A DNA stretch of 64,000 nt from an uncultured delta proteobacterium (lineage in GTDB: Bacteria; Desulfobacterota; RBG-13-43-22), in contig CAWJJC010000028.1 of NCBI GenBank assembly GCA_963843145.1, forward strand, positions 320,001 through 384,000. Reading direction: 5' to 3'. The notes beneath the pieces were generated by a model. The model saw only the letters and a program-made list of their open reading frames with translations, did no database searches and had not been told where the DNA came from. This document shows, piece after piece, positions 29,619 through 39,797 of the stretch. The position numbers and the translations under genes are program-made. Numbering within the stretch: position 1 is the stretch's first letter; each line of letters starts with the position of its first letter.

Positions 29619-29838
29619 AACAGAATTATAAACCATTTTGAAAATAGTAAATAGGGTGAATCTGACCCTAGGGGCAATGGTTCGGAGGGAGGAAAGTAAC
29701 AATTTTCATTTGAAATGTTCCCAATTAGCCCATTCTTAAGAAACAACAGTTCAGGAAGCTATACGTACTAAAATCTGATTTTCTTATTGAAGTTAATAGG
29801 TTACATGTTGTTCAAAATCTCATAGTTTGGTTATTTCG

Positions 29839-30732
29839 TCAAGCATTATTTGGGTGGCCAGCCGTTTGTTGCCTAATCACCTCCATGGCTTTGAAGTAGT
29901 CTCGCTGCACCTTAAGGTTTGAAATCCGGCAGTACCGTTGTGTGGTTTTCACATGGCTATGACCCAGGAGATCTTGAATGGTGGAAAGATCGGCATCGGC
30001 ATTGAGCAGTTGGGTGGCCATGGTATGGCGAAGATGATGACAGGACACCTTGAGCTTGGCTTGGCGAGCATAAGTTTCCATGCGCCGCTGAATGCCGCGG
30101 ATGGAGATGGGCTGCCCCTGACAAGGTTTCTTTTCCGCCAGAAAGATCTTTCTGGCCTTGGATGGCGGCCTCACCGTCAGATAGGCGGCCAGGGCCTGAA
30201 GGGCATCATGGCTCATATAGACGACCCGATCTTTTCCGCCCTTACCGTCTTCCACCAGGATAGTCCTGCGTTTGACGTCTATGACCCCGATCGTTAGCTG
30301 GGCGACTTCTTCCACCCGTAACCCGCAACGGAGCATGAGCATGAACATGGCCCGGTCACGGGCGCTCTTGATGACCTTAAAGAAGGTCTCCACCTGATCA
30401 TCTCTCAGGTGTCGGGGAAGGGGCTGGGACATCTTCTGGAGATGAGTCTTCTTGATGGGATTGGTGATAATCACCCCTTCCTCATCCCGCAGGTAATGGT
30501 AGAACTGGCGAATACCGTTCAAGTGGCAGTTGACCGTCTTGGGCGCCAGCCTCTTCCTCATGAGATGCTCGATGTAGCGTGACACGGTTACGTGGGTCAC
30601 GGCCTCCACCGGCACATCCAGCCAGATGATAAAGTGTTTAATGAGGTTCAGATAGTTCTTCACGGCATGGGGCGAACAGTTCCGCCGCTTTAAAAATCTT
30701 TGCCAGTTCAGGATCGCATCGGTCATCGCCAT
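29839..30732 (-). CDS. Tyrosine recombinase (XerC/D-like)
   Basis: RCGLRVEE, GKGGKDR, HHLRH, LGHS, TQRY. Confidence 0.95.
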   Translation of the reverse strand: MAMTDAILNWQRFLKRRNCSPHAVKNYLNLIKHFIIWLDVPVEAVTHVTVSRYIEHLMRKRLAPKTVNCHLNGIRQFYHYLRDEEGVIITNPIKKTHLQKMSQPLPRHLRDDQVETFFKVIKSARDRAMFMLMLRCGLRVEEVAQLTIGVIDVKRRTILVEDGKGGKDRVVYMSHDALQALAAYLTVRPPSKARKIFLAEKKPCQGQPISIRGIQRRMETYARQAKLKVSCHHLRHTMATQLLNADADLSTIQDLLGHSHVKTTQRYCRISNLKVQRDYFKAMEVIRQQTAGHPNNA

Positions 30733-31777
30733 TACTGTCCCTCCTCTCTATTTTCGACATGGCTCTAAAATACTCAGCCTCCCGGGTCTTATCAGTCAGC
30801 CGGGCATACCGCCGGGTTTCCTCGATGCTCCGGTGCCCCAACAAAACTTGGAGACACTCCAGACGCAGGCCGGCGTTGAGAAACTCCGTGGCAAAGGTAT
30901 GGCGAAGGGTATGCAGGGAATATCCCTTGTCCGCCAATCCCGCCTTCTCCAGATAGCGCATAAAAATGGTCCGGGCGGTGCTGTAGGACATGGTCTCTGT
31001 CCGGGTATAGATCAGGTACTCCTCACCGGGATTCCTCTTCTTCAACCACCTCCGCAGAGCCAGGACCGCATCGTCGCTGAGATAGACCACCCTCCCCAGG
31101 CGGTTCTTCTCGCCTTCATAAATCTCTATCTTCCGTTCCTTAAGATGGACGTCGGCCATCTTGGTATTAAGCAGTTCTCCGATCCGCAGGCCCGTCCTCA
31201 ACAAGACCAGGATCATGGCCCGGTCACGAATATCGTCAATGACCGAAAGCAGCTTCCGCAGATCGTCAGGATCCATGGCCCGCGGCAGCCGCTCCGGTAA
31301 TTGCAACCGTATCCTCCTGCTGAAGAGTTCCGCGGAAACCCTTCCTTCTTCTAACAGGTAACGGAGAAAGGCTTGCACACTCACCAGCCTGGTCCTGATC
31401 GTTGTAATCTTAATCCCCCGGTCCTGCTCCCGCTCGATAAAGGTTTCCACATCCCTTCGGGTAATGGCTTCCAGGGATGTCCTGCCGCTCTCCCGTATCA
31501 GGCCCAGAAAAAGAATGATCGCCCCAAAACGGCTGTACAAAGTTCTCGGTCTGCGGTTGCCATACGTCAGGTGACGAAGATAGGCTTCCACCTGATCCTT
31601 CCCCGGAAGGTCCATCCGGACCAGCCGTTTTAAAATCTGGCCCAGCGCTTCTAAACAGTCTTTAGAATTTATTCTAAATCGTAATCGCGTTTGATAATAA
31701 TGGGGAGCGTTAACGGCGGGAATCTTAAAATCAGAAGATTTACTCGTCTGCTGTAGATCACTATGTCCGTTCATCAT
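30638..31777 (-). CDS. Tyrosine recombinase (XerC/D-like)
   Basis: RTGLRIGE, GEKNR, HTLRH, LGHR, TRRY. Confidence 0.95.
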   Translation of the reverse strand: MMNGHSDLQQTSKSSDFKIPAVNAPHYYQTRLRFRINSKDCLEALGQILKRLVRMDLPGKDQVEAYLRHLTYGNRRPRTLYSRFGAIILFLGLIRESGRTSLEAITRRDVETFIEREQDRGIKITTIRTRLVSVQAFLRYLLEEGRVSAELFSRRIRLQLPERLPRAMDPDDLRKLLSVIDDIRDRAMILVLLRTGLRIGELLNTKMADVHLKERKIEIYEGEKNRLGRVVYLSDDAVLALRRWLKKRNPGEEYLIYTRTETMSYSTARTIFMRYLEKAGLADKGYSLHTLRHTFATEFLNAGLRLECLQVLLGHRSIEETRRYARLTDKTREAEYFRAMSKIERRDSNGDDRCDPELAKIFKAAELFAPCREELSEPH

Positions 31778-32129
31778 CTCTGTCTCCTTTTCTTAAATCA
31801 ATAAGAAAATCAGACAGATGATGACTAATAAACTCTTATCTGTCAAACATCAGCTTGGTACGTATAGCAGGAAGAAGCCGAGCATGTTGATATTCCACTA
31901 AAACCCATCCTTTTTACTAAATTTACCTCTTTCTACAAGGGGAAGCAGGGTATCCGGATTTTCTTTTTTGACGAAGTCTCCCAGAAACGTTACTATTAAA
32001 CCATAATGTTATGGGCCAACTTTCACAAAAAAGAGATATTAACGGTTTCAAAATAATTGGTAACCTTCAAAAGTTGAGGCAATGAACCCTTTGCTGGGAA
32101 CTTGTCATAAAGGGATCGAAGGAGACGAT

Positions 32130-33779
32130 ATGAAGCATACCAAATTGGTTATTATCGGCGGGGTAGCGGGTGGGGCCACGGCAGCGGCCCGGGCCAGACG
32201 AATGGATGAAGAGGCGGAGATTATCCTTTTGGAGAGAGGAGAATACATCTCTTTTGCCAACTGCGGGTTGCCATATTACGTAGGAGAAGTAATCAAAAAG
32301 CGGCAGGACCTTCTGGTGACTACTCCCGAGGCTTTAAAGAAACGATACCGGATTGATGTTAGAACTTTTTGTGAAGTGAAGGCCATTGACCGGATCCATA
32401 AAAGAGTATCCGTTTTTAATCAAAAAACCCAGGAAACCTACTGGGAAACCTACGACAAGATTATTCTGGCCCCTGGGGCAGAACCCCTGAAACCACCCCT
32501 GGAAGGGATCAACTTACCTGGAATATATAATCTACGTAATATCCCGGATACAGACAGGATTAAAAACCATGTGGATAAGAAAAATCCGAAGTCAGCCGTT
32601 ATTGTCGGCGGTGGTTTTATCGGGTTGGAAATGGTGGAAAATTTGGTTCAGCGCGGTGTGCGGACAACCATTGTGGAAATGGCCGATCAGGTTATGCCTC
32701 CTTTAGATAAGGAAATGGCTCAAATGGTTCGGAACCATCTGGAGGCCAAAGGTGTTGTCTGCAAATTAGGTAAAGGAGTAAAGGGATTTCGGAAAGAAAG
32801 GGATAGTCTGATTGTCTCGGTTCGGGAAGATCAAGACATTGCCTGTGACATGGTTATTCTTTCCATTGGTATACGGCCTGAAAACCGCTTGGCCAAAGAA
32901 GCAGGTCTGGAAATTGGGAAATCCGGCGGAATTAAGGTCAATACAGCCATGCAAACCTCGGATCCGGATATTTATGCCGTAGGCGATGCAGTGGAAGTCC
33001 GGGAGTTCGTCACCGGTTTCCCTTTGATCTCGGCCCTGGCCGGACCGGCCAATAAGCAGGGCCGCATCGCCGCTGATAACGCTTTAGGCCGCAAGACGGT
33101 ATTTCGCGGGACTATGCGGACCTCTATCGTCAAAATCTTTGAGCTGACAGTAGGTTCTGCCGGACTTAGCGAAAAAACCCTTCGGACATACGGTTTGCCT
33201 TATCAGGTCAGTTATACTTATTCAGGTTCTCATGCTGATTATTATCCGGGGGCCGAAACCATGACCATTAAACTTATTTTTTCACCCGGAAACGGAAAGG
33301 TATTAGGGGCTCAGATAATCGGAAAAGATGGGGTGGACAAGCGGATTGACGTCCTGGCCACAGCCGTCCACGGGGGGATGACCGTTTTTGATCTGGAGGA
33401 ATTAGAATTGGCCTATGCCCCACCTTATTCATCGGCTAAAGACCCGGTGAATATCGCCGGATTTGTGGCCTCCAACCTGATCAGGGGCGATGCCGAAAAC
33501 ATCTATCCCCAAGAGCTGGCCGAGTTGGATCCCCAAACGCACATCTTTTTGGATGTGCGTTCCAAGATGGAAATAAGGGTATTAGGTGCCCTCGATGGCG
33601 CTGTATCTATCCCTATTGATGATCTGAGGGATCACTTGAAGGAACTGGATAAAGAAAAGACCTATATCGTCTATTGTACCGTGGGGCAACGGGCCTATTG
33701 TGGGTATCGCATTCTGGCCCAGAACGGCTTTCGGGCCAGGAATCTGAGCGGAGGATTTTTGACCTATCAATTATTTTAA
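32130..33779 (+). CDS. CoA-disulfide reductase-like FAD oxidoreductase with C-terminal rhodanese domain
   Basis: IIGGVAGG, SFANCGLPY, GGGFIGLE, LAYAPPYS, YCTVGQR. Confidence 0.95.
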   Translation: MKHTKLVIIGGVAGGATAAARARRMDEEAEIILLERGEYISFANCGLPYYVGEVIKKRQDLLVTTPEALKKRYRIDVRTFCEVKAIDRIHKRVSVFNQKTQETYWETYDKIILAPGAEPLKPPLEGINLPGIYNLRNIPDTDRIKNHVDKKNPKSAVIVGGGFIGLEMVENLVQRGVRTTIVEMADQVMPPLDKEMAQMVRNHLEAKGVVCKLGKGVKGFRKERDSLIVSVREDQDIACDMVILSIGIRPENRLAKEAGLEIGKSGGIKVNTAMQTSDPDIYAVGDAVEVREFVTGFPLISALAGPANKQGRIAADNALGRKTVFRGTMRTSIVKIFELTVGSAGLSEKTLRTYGLPYQVSYTYSGSHADYYPGAETMTIKLIFSPGNGKVLGAQIIGKDGVDKRIDVLATAVHGGMTVFDLEELELAYAPPYSSAKDPVNIAGFVASNLIRGDAENIYPQELAELDPQTHIFLDVRSKMEIRVLGALDGAVSIPIDDLRDHLKELDKEKTYIVYCTVGQRAYCGYRILAQNGFRARNLSGGFLTYQLF

Positions 33780-34346
33780 ACATAAAGATCGATCCGTGGT
33801 TCAATTGGGGGCCGGACCAAGAGAATAGATTGTGACCAATCCGGGGAAAGAAGCGCGTAAACGTCGACTTCCTGTCCTGGATGATTCAATAACTGGATAA
33901 GGAACAAAGCGTTTAGGAGTGCCCAGGCAGTCTATTATAAAGCTATGGATTGCCGAGAAGCTGAAATAGGCATCCTGAATCATTCCATCGACCAGGAACG
34001 AAAGGCTGTTTTTTGATAAGAAGTTGCTTTTCCATGGTGGGATTTTAAAATAAGCAAAAGGCAGGGTCAAGAAGAAAAAAGGACGGAAACAGTGGGAAAT
34101 AGAGCAGTTTCAAATGACAATGGGGACATGATGAGAAAGATTAACCTTATAAATGGGCGAAAAAGTCGACAGGGGAAGACCATCCCATAGACTTTGGAAA
34201 GACTTTCCCCTTTCGGCCCTGATATTATCTCAAACGGTCGAGTGATCGGAGAAATTTCCGAAATCCTGATCCTCATAAAATGGTAGAAATAGGGTAGAAG
34301 AAAAAAATATGGGATTGGTAAAAAACATATAACTACTTGATTTTAT

Positions 34347-34423
34347 TGGTGCCCCTGGCCCGACTTGAACGGGCGGCCTACAGATTAGGAATCTGTCGCT
34401 CTATCCTACTGAGCTACAGGGGC
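34347..34423 (-). tRNA. tRNA-Arg(CCT)
   Basis: GCCCCTG acceptor stem, TAGCTCAGTAGGATAGAGC D arm, ACAGA-TTCCTAA-TCTGT anticodon arm, GTTCAAGT T loop, encoded CCA. Confidence 0.96.
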
Positions 34424-34620
34424 TTTAGAGTTTTCAAGAGGTACGGGAAGGATACTACCACAAATCGGTTGAAATAGAAAGGATTGGAAATTTAAACTGA
34501 TCCTAAGTCTTTGCGAGGAGAGAAGCGACGAAGCAATCCCTCTAACAGCTTAAAATCCTTCCCAGATTGGACCGGGGGAAGCAAAGACACCTGTGTTTGG
34601 GCCAATTTACTTATTAGAAC

Positions 34621-35409
34621 CTATCTCCTTAATGCCCGGGCATAGGCAAAGACGGCCTGGACATAGTTTTCGCAGTGGTTGTAGGCGTATACGGCTTTCT
34701 TCTTTTTCAGAGGATTTTTCGGGGACCAGCCGAATGTCTTCAGGTAGTTGGCCATGCTGGCGAAGGCGTCGGCCAGGTTAAAGAGGTCCACTTCTCCGTC
34801 GCCGTTGCCGTCCGCCCCGTATTTCCTATAGGAGGAAGGCACAAATTGTGGTACGCCGAAGGCCCCGGCCCAGGAGCCCTTCACTGAGAGGGGATCCATT
34901 TTCTGTTCCCGGCAGATCATCAAAAGGTGGCCGAGTTCCGCTTCGGCCCATTCGGAACGCCGGTTTTCAATGAGGGCCATGGTGAGCAAGCTGTTGAAGA
35001 CTGGATGGCTTCCCGTAACCCGGCCGAAATTGGTCTCGATGCGGAGAATGGCCACCAGGATCTCCCGGCGTACCCCGTAGGCGGCTTCGATTTTTCGGAG
35101 GATACGCCGGTTGTCGCGGAGCACCATCTTCCCTCGCTTCACCGACTTTTTGGTGAGCAGTCCGAAACCCCGTCCCAGATAGTTCAGGCCTTTCCCCGTA
35201 CGCTCGAGAATTTCCGGGTAAAGCGTCACCCGCTCGTCTGAAAATACGCGGGAAAGCTCCTTCTCCGTCAGACCCTGGTCCTTGAGCTTTAACCGTAGTT
35301 CATCCAGCTTTTCGGCGTAGGGGTGTACTAGACTCGCCTCCGTAGTGGGACCGGCCGCGACGAGCAGGAAAACGCCCAGGAAGATGCTAACGATTTTAGA
35401 TGCCCTCAG
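34621..35409 (-). CDS. Lytic murein transglycosylase (MltB/SLT_2 family), probable CTG start
   Basis: ILRIETNFG, GSWAGAFGVPQFVPSS, DGNGDGEVDL, AYNH; the frame is open up to CTG 35409 and includes a signal peptide. Confidence 0.88.
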   Translation of the reverse strand: MRASKIVSIFLGVFLLVAAGPTTEASLVHPYAEKLDELRLKLKDQGLTEKELSRVFSDERVTLYPEILERTGKGLNYLGRGFGLLTKKSVKRGKMVLRDNRRILRKIEAAYGVRREILVAILRIETNFGRVTGSHPVFNSLLTMALIENRRSEWAEAELGHLLMICREQKMDPLSVKGSWAGAFGVPQFVPSSYRKYGADGNGDGEVDLFNLADAFASMANYLKTFGWSPKNPLKKKKAVYAYNHCENYVQAVFAYARALRR

Positions 35410-35914
35410 ACTTTCACCCTCCTTTCACAAAAACTCCGTTCATGTCCACTCCCGTAGATTCGCCCCTGGTGCCCGCCGTCCGATCGGAGGCGACCGGGAA
35501 CCGATTCGACCATAAGCTGTTCGCCTATCATAGCCTCATGACGGGAATTCTTGTCAAGCCGAAAAAGTTCAGGATTTCCTCAGACAGGGAAGGAGCCCGG
35601 CCCCGCACCCGGGCTGGAGTTTATCCAGCACGTGAGGCGCGACCGGCGGACAGCTTTTATTGTAGGGGTGAGAAGATTTTCATAGGGGTGTCCTGTTCTT
35701 CGGGACAACGTAAGCCAGCTTGGGGGATTGCTTCCCCCGGATTGAGTCCGCTGGAAGCAATGACGGTTGGTGAGTATCAGGGACTATTATTGACGATAAC
35801 TCGGGTGGGCTGCCAAAAACTCTTCCCCCTGCTCTCCTACTGCGGCTAGGAAAACGGGGTAGGCAGCAAGCCTTATTAAGGGTCTCGATATTGCAGCAAA
35901 ATTGAAATTTTTGG

Positions 35915-35990
35915 CTTCCGGTATTCGACGGAATGACGATGGTGGGGAACCACCTAGAAGCCGTCACTCCGGCGAGCGCCGCGGTCCGGG
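35915..35990. repeat. Degenerate REP-like palindrome (CGGAATGACG...CGTCACTCCGG)
   Basis: Complementary arms around a short spacer. Confidence 0.45.
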
Positions 35991-36092
35991 CCTTGGCCGG
36001 GGTGGATAATCGCCTATCAAAATGGCCGGGACCAGGGAAAGGATGCGGCCTTATCCCGGGACTCCAACTCGTTCGCTTCTTCCTTCAGGAAT

Positions 36093-36389
36093 CTAAACAG
36101 GTTCGACCGGGAAGGGTTCTCCCATATCGGCAAAGGTGAAAGCTAAAAAAATGTGGTGACCGTCATAGTCCAACACCCTCAGGTCGTCTGTTTCGTGGAG
36201 ATCGCCCATAACGACGGGGAAATGTGTTCCGTATTCCTTTTTTACTTTCTCCAAAGGAAGCTCGTAAGCGATGAATTTTTTGATGCCCCGGGCTTTCAGC
36301 TTATTTACAAAATTTGGATCCGTTAAAGAATCATAGGAGGTTAAAATGAGAATCGGACCTGTTCCGGTGAAAATAACCCCTGCTTTCAT
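36093..36389 (-). CDS. Small hypothetical cytosolic protein
   Basis: GGAGG RBS; MKAGVIFTGTGPILILTSY...LRVLDYDG. Confidence 0.8.
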   Translation of the reverse strand: MKAGVIFTGTGPILILTSYDSLTDPNFVNKLKARGIKKFIAYELPLEKVKKEYGTHFPVVMGDLHETDDLRVLDYDGHHIFLAFTFADMGEPFPVEPV

Positions 36390-36754
36390 AGCGTGCCCTC
36401 CTTTTTTTGTAAGTTATTAAAATAAAATACTTTTATTTAAAATACGTCCACAAAAATCTTAAGTTGACTACTAATTAAATGTCAATAAAAAAATAGAGCC
36501 GCGGCGCACATTCTTTTGTGGTCGGGGTTACCAAAATCCCTCCTCCGAACGCTGCGGAAATGATACCGGCCCTTGAAAATTATTGGAAACGTCGTTGACG
36601 TTATGGTATTATAAAGACAGATATTTGTAAAACAAATAGCTGAGTTTTCTTGTTGGCACCCTCATACAAAGGAAGTCGAATGAAAGTAGAAGAGACCCGT
36701 TTCTCAGTTGAGAGGTGGGTTTTTTTGTGAAGGCTTCACTAGGAGATTAAAAGT

Positions 36755-38764
36755 ATGGATGATAACAGAAATACCAAAGAGCAACGGATCCAGGAGTCGG
36801 AAAATCTGCGTCGGAGGATAGCTGAACTCGATATAGCAGAAACCGAACGAAAGAGGGTAGAGGAGAAACTGCGGGATTCAGAACAGCATTTGGATAGTAT
36901 TTTAAATAGTATTACCGAGGCGGTATTTACTATCTCGCCTGATTTTAAGATTCTCTGGGCTAATAAAGCGGCCTTGGGACAGGCAGGCAAAAAACTGGAA
37001 GAAGTTATTGGACAAGATTGTTTTTTTGTTTCGCACCATAATATGGAGCCCTGTTCTTCCGAGAATGAAACCTGTCCCCTTAAGGAAGCTATAAGAACAG
37101 GGGCGCCTGCTGAAGCCATACATAAACATTTTAACAGCCTGGGGAATGAGATTTTTGTGGAGTTGGTCCTTTATCCGCTTAAAGATAAAAAAGGAAGAAT
37201 AACTCAGTATGTCCATGTGAGCCACGACGTCACCGAGATCAAAAAGGCAGAGGAGTTATTGCTGAAGTCCAAGAGAAAATACCAGGAACTGGCCGATAGT
37301 ATCTCCGATGTCTTTTTCGCCATGGACAAAAATCTCCGATACATATACTGGAACAAGGCGAGTGAGTTACTTACGGGAGTTCCAGCGGAAAAGGCTCTGG
37401 GGAAAACGCTTATAGAAGTATTCCCGGACAATTCGTCACGGCAACATGTTAAAGAAATGTATTTACAAGTTATGGAAACCAACCAGCCGCAGAACTTGAT
37501 AGTAAATTATCCGGGCGATGAAGGTATTGTTCACGAAATTAGCGCCTATCCGATCGTGGAGGGTGTTTCCGTGTTTGTGAAGGACATCACCGAACGCAAG
37601 CGGGCGGAAGATGAGCGGATTATTATGAGCAAGCTGGAATCGACAGGAGTTCTGGCTGGAGGGATAGCCCATGACTACAACAATCTTTTATCTGTCATTC
37701 TTGGGAATCTCGAACTGATTAGGATGTTTCCCCAAGATGGGATGATGAACAATTACCTGGAGGAAGCGGAAAAGGCGGCCTCGACGGCCCGGGTGCTAAC
37801 CCGGCAATTGATTGATTTTGCCAAAGGAGGGGAACCGATCAAAAAACGGGTCTCCCTGTCCGGTTTGCTTGAAGATCAGGTCACCTTTGCCCTGCGGGGA
37901 TCCTCGGTGGGGTGTAACTTTTTCATGCCTGCCGACCTCTGGTTGACTGAGGTGGATGAAAGTCAGATGAACCAGGTCATCCGGAACATAGCTATAAATG
38001 CCCGGGAGGCGATGCCCGAAGGCGGAATGGTCGCAGTCAAGGCGGAAAATCTGGTTCTAAATTCAGCAGCGGATTTATCTTTGCCCCTGGGGGACTATGT
38101 GAAGGTGAGCATCACCGATCAGGGCAAAGGCATTCCGGAGGAAATTCTGCCAAAAATCTTTGATCCTTATTTTTCGACCAAACAACGGGGGGACCAGAAG
38201 GGAATGGGATTAGGGCTGACGATCAGTCATTCGGCCATCCAGAAACATGGCGGAGCGATCACCGTAGATTCGAAGGCGAGTAAAGGGACGACCATTCAGA
38301 TTTATCTGCCTGCTTTGAGGAAAAGGCTGGAGGAAGAGACTGCGGTTCCTGCTGTTCCAACAGGGCGAAGTAGGATCCTGGTGATGGAGGACGAGGAACT
38401 GATGCGCCATCTGTTAGGGGTGATGATTTCCCGGCTGGGTTATGAGGTAGAACTTGTCGAGGAAGGGAAGAAGGCCGTTGCCTGTTATCGGCTAGCGAAG
38501 GACCGTGGTCAACCATTTGATGCGCTGATATTGGACTTGACGGTTCAAGGAGGGATGGGAGGCGTAAAGACAATCCGGGAGCTTATGCAGTTTGATCCGA
38601 CGGTGAAAGCCATAGTTTTGAGCGGCTATGATAAGGATCCTGTGCTTCAGAACTTTGAACAGTATGGGTTCAAGGGTGTCTTAACCAAGCCGTTTACGGT
38701 TAACGAATTGAGCGAGATCCTTCCCAGAGTTATAGGTACCGATAGAATACCCAAGGTCAAATAA
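36755..38764 (+). CDS. Hybrid sensor histidine kinase (2 PAS, HisKA, HATPase, receiver)
   Basis: AGGIAHDYNN H-box, NAREAM, DQGKGI, FDPYFSTK, GLGL; receiver ILVMEDE..LDL..KPF. Confidence 0.96.
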   Translation: MDDNRNTKEQRIQESENLRRRIAELDIAETERKRVEEKLRDSEQHLDSILNSITEAVFTISPDFKILWANKAALGQAGKKLEEVIGQDCFFVSHHNMEPCSSENETCPLKEAIRTGAPAEAIHKHFNSLGNEIFVELVLYPLKDKKGRITQYVHVSHDVTEIKKAEELLLKSKRKYQELADSISDVFFAMDKNLRYIYWNKASELLTGVPAEKALGKTLIEVFPDNSSRQHVKEMYLQVMETNQPQNLIVNYPGDEGIVHEISAYPIVEGVSVFVKDITERKRAEDERIIMSKLESTGVLAGGIAHDYNNLLSVILGNLELIRMFPQDGMMNNYLEEAEKAASTARVLTRQLIDFAKGGEPIKKRVSLSGLLEDQVTFALRGSSVGCNFFMPADLWLTEVDESQMNQVIRNIAINAREAMPEGGMVAVKAENLVLNSAADLSLPLGDYVKVSITDQGKGIPEEILPKIFDPYFSTKQRGDQKGMGLGLTISHSAIQKHGGAITVDSKASKGTTIQIYLPALRKRLEEETAVPAVPTGRSRILVMEDEELMRHLLGVMISRLGYEVELVEEGKKAVACYRLAKDRGQPFDALILDLTVQGGMGGVKTIRELMQFDPTVKAIVLSGYDKDPVLQNFEQYGFKGVLTKPFTVNELSEILPRVIGTDRIPKVK

Positions 38765-38878
38765 TGGAAAAATGGAGTAAAAGGAGGCCCCTGGCGATTA
38801 GTCAACCCGCTTTTTTTGATAAAGCCACCCAAGTCTGGATTCAACCCTTTTGCTGGTCTGGGATCGAAAGGCACCCTT

Positions 38879-39334
38879 ATGAATCATAAAGACACGTCCC
38901 TTTCAACCACTTTGCTGTTTGGGTTTATTGCCGGTTTCCTGTCAACCCTGATCTTTCATCAATTGACGCTGGCCTTGTTATGGAACATCGGCCTGGCACC
39001 CTTCGGACCTTTCTCCCTGGCCGCCACCAAACCATTCGGGGTCCCCGCGGTTTTTTCCCTAGCCTTTTGGGGGGGCATCTGGGGTATGGTCTTGGTCCTG
39101 ATTCAGGGGCGCTTTCCCCGGAAAGGCTATTGGCTGTCGGTTTTTATGTTCGGAGCCATTTTAACTTCACTGGTTGCCCTGTGCTTGGTATTGCCGCTTA
39201 AAGGCAAGCCCCTGGGTGGCGGCTGGCATCCGTCGCTCTTGCTGACCGCCTTCCTGATCAACGGCGCCTGGGGGATCGGAACCGCCCTGATCTTTAGGAT
39301 CCTATCCGGGTGGTCAGGCGGTCGACGCAACTAA
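38879..39334 (+). CDS. Small integral membrane protein
   Basis: Four hydrophobic segments; FHQ, PFGVP, FWGGIWG. Confidence 0.8.
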   Translation: MNHKDTSLSTTLLFGFIAGFLSTLIFHQLTLALLWNIGLAPFGPFSLAATKPFGVPAVFSLAFWGGIWGMVLVLIQGRFPRKGYWLSVFMFGAILTSLVALCLVLPLKGKPLGGGWHPSLLLTAFLINGAWGIGTALIFRILSGWSGGRRN

Positions 39335-39407
39335 AGAGCAGAATGAAAAATCGTGAAGGGTCTAGGAAAGCGGCGCATAAATAAATTCATCCCTGGTCCT
39401 CAGGCCG

Positions 39408-39785
39408 TTAGCCCCTGACGCAGCGGACCGGATAGCGGTTGGTCTTGTAATAGCTCAGCAGGTAGGCGCCGTCGAATATCAGAATCCAGGCGTTTTTCGT
39501 GTCTTTCTCGAAAGTGGTGGAAGACCAGTAGGGCAGGGCGTCTTGGAAGGGGACCTCTTCGCGCGTGACGGCCCGGCCGTCGGACCGGCCCCGGGTGCGG
39601 TCCAGAAGGGTTTCCAGTTCGGCCAGGGTGGGCAGGCGCCAGTCGGTCTTCCCGGCCAGGGTTAGGGAGGCGGCGTAGTCCATGGCCTGGAACCAAGTCA
39701 GCTCCCCGGGGGATTCCAACTGCCATTCCAGGCCGGTTTTAGGGTCCTGCCAGGTGAGCGGATTGAGGATTAAAGATGATTTCAT
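39408..39785 (-). CDS. DUF1566 (Lcl C-terminal) domain protein
   Basis: DPKTGLEWQ, DWRLPTLAEL, YWSST, VRCVR. Confidence 0.92.
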   Translation of the reverse strand: MKSSLILNPLTWQDPKTGLEWQLESPGELTWFQAMDYAASLTLAGKTDWRLPTLAELETLLDRTRGRSDGRAVTREEVPFQDALPYWSSTTFEKDTKNAWILIFDGAYLLSYYKTNRYPVRCVRG

Positions 39786-39797
39786 CGAAAGACTATC

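Larger units (their letters stand above)
29759..31867 (-). mobile_element. 2109-bp element encoding two tyrosine recombinases, with terminal inverted repeats and a 7-bp flanking direct repeat
   Basis: Ends CTATACGTACTAA / CTATACGTACCAA (inverted); CAGGAAG at 29752-29758 and 31868-31874; 17-bp inverted motif TCTGATTTTCTTATTGA at 29774-29790 and 31798-31814. Confidence 0.88.

Noticed and set aside
33800-34346. Possible degenerate integrase or att remnant next to tRNA-Arg
   Set aside because: Only faint fragments (GHS, DVYA) in broken frames, and no duplicated tRNA 3' end was found.
35430-36090. Short ORFs in the intergenic region after the transglycosylase
   Set aside because: No motifs or convincing RBS; the region appears to be degenerate REP-like DNA.
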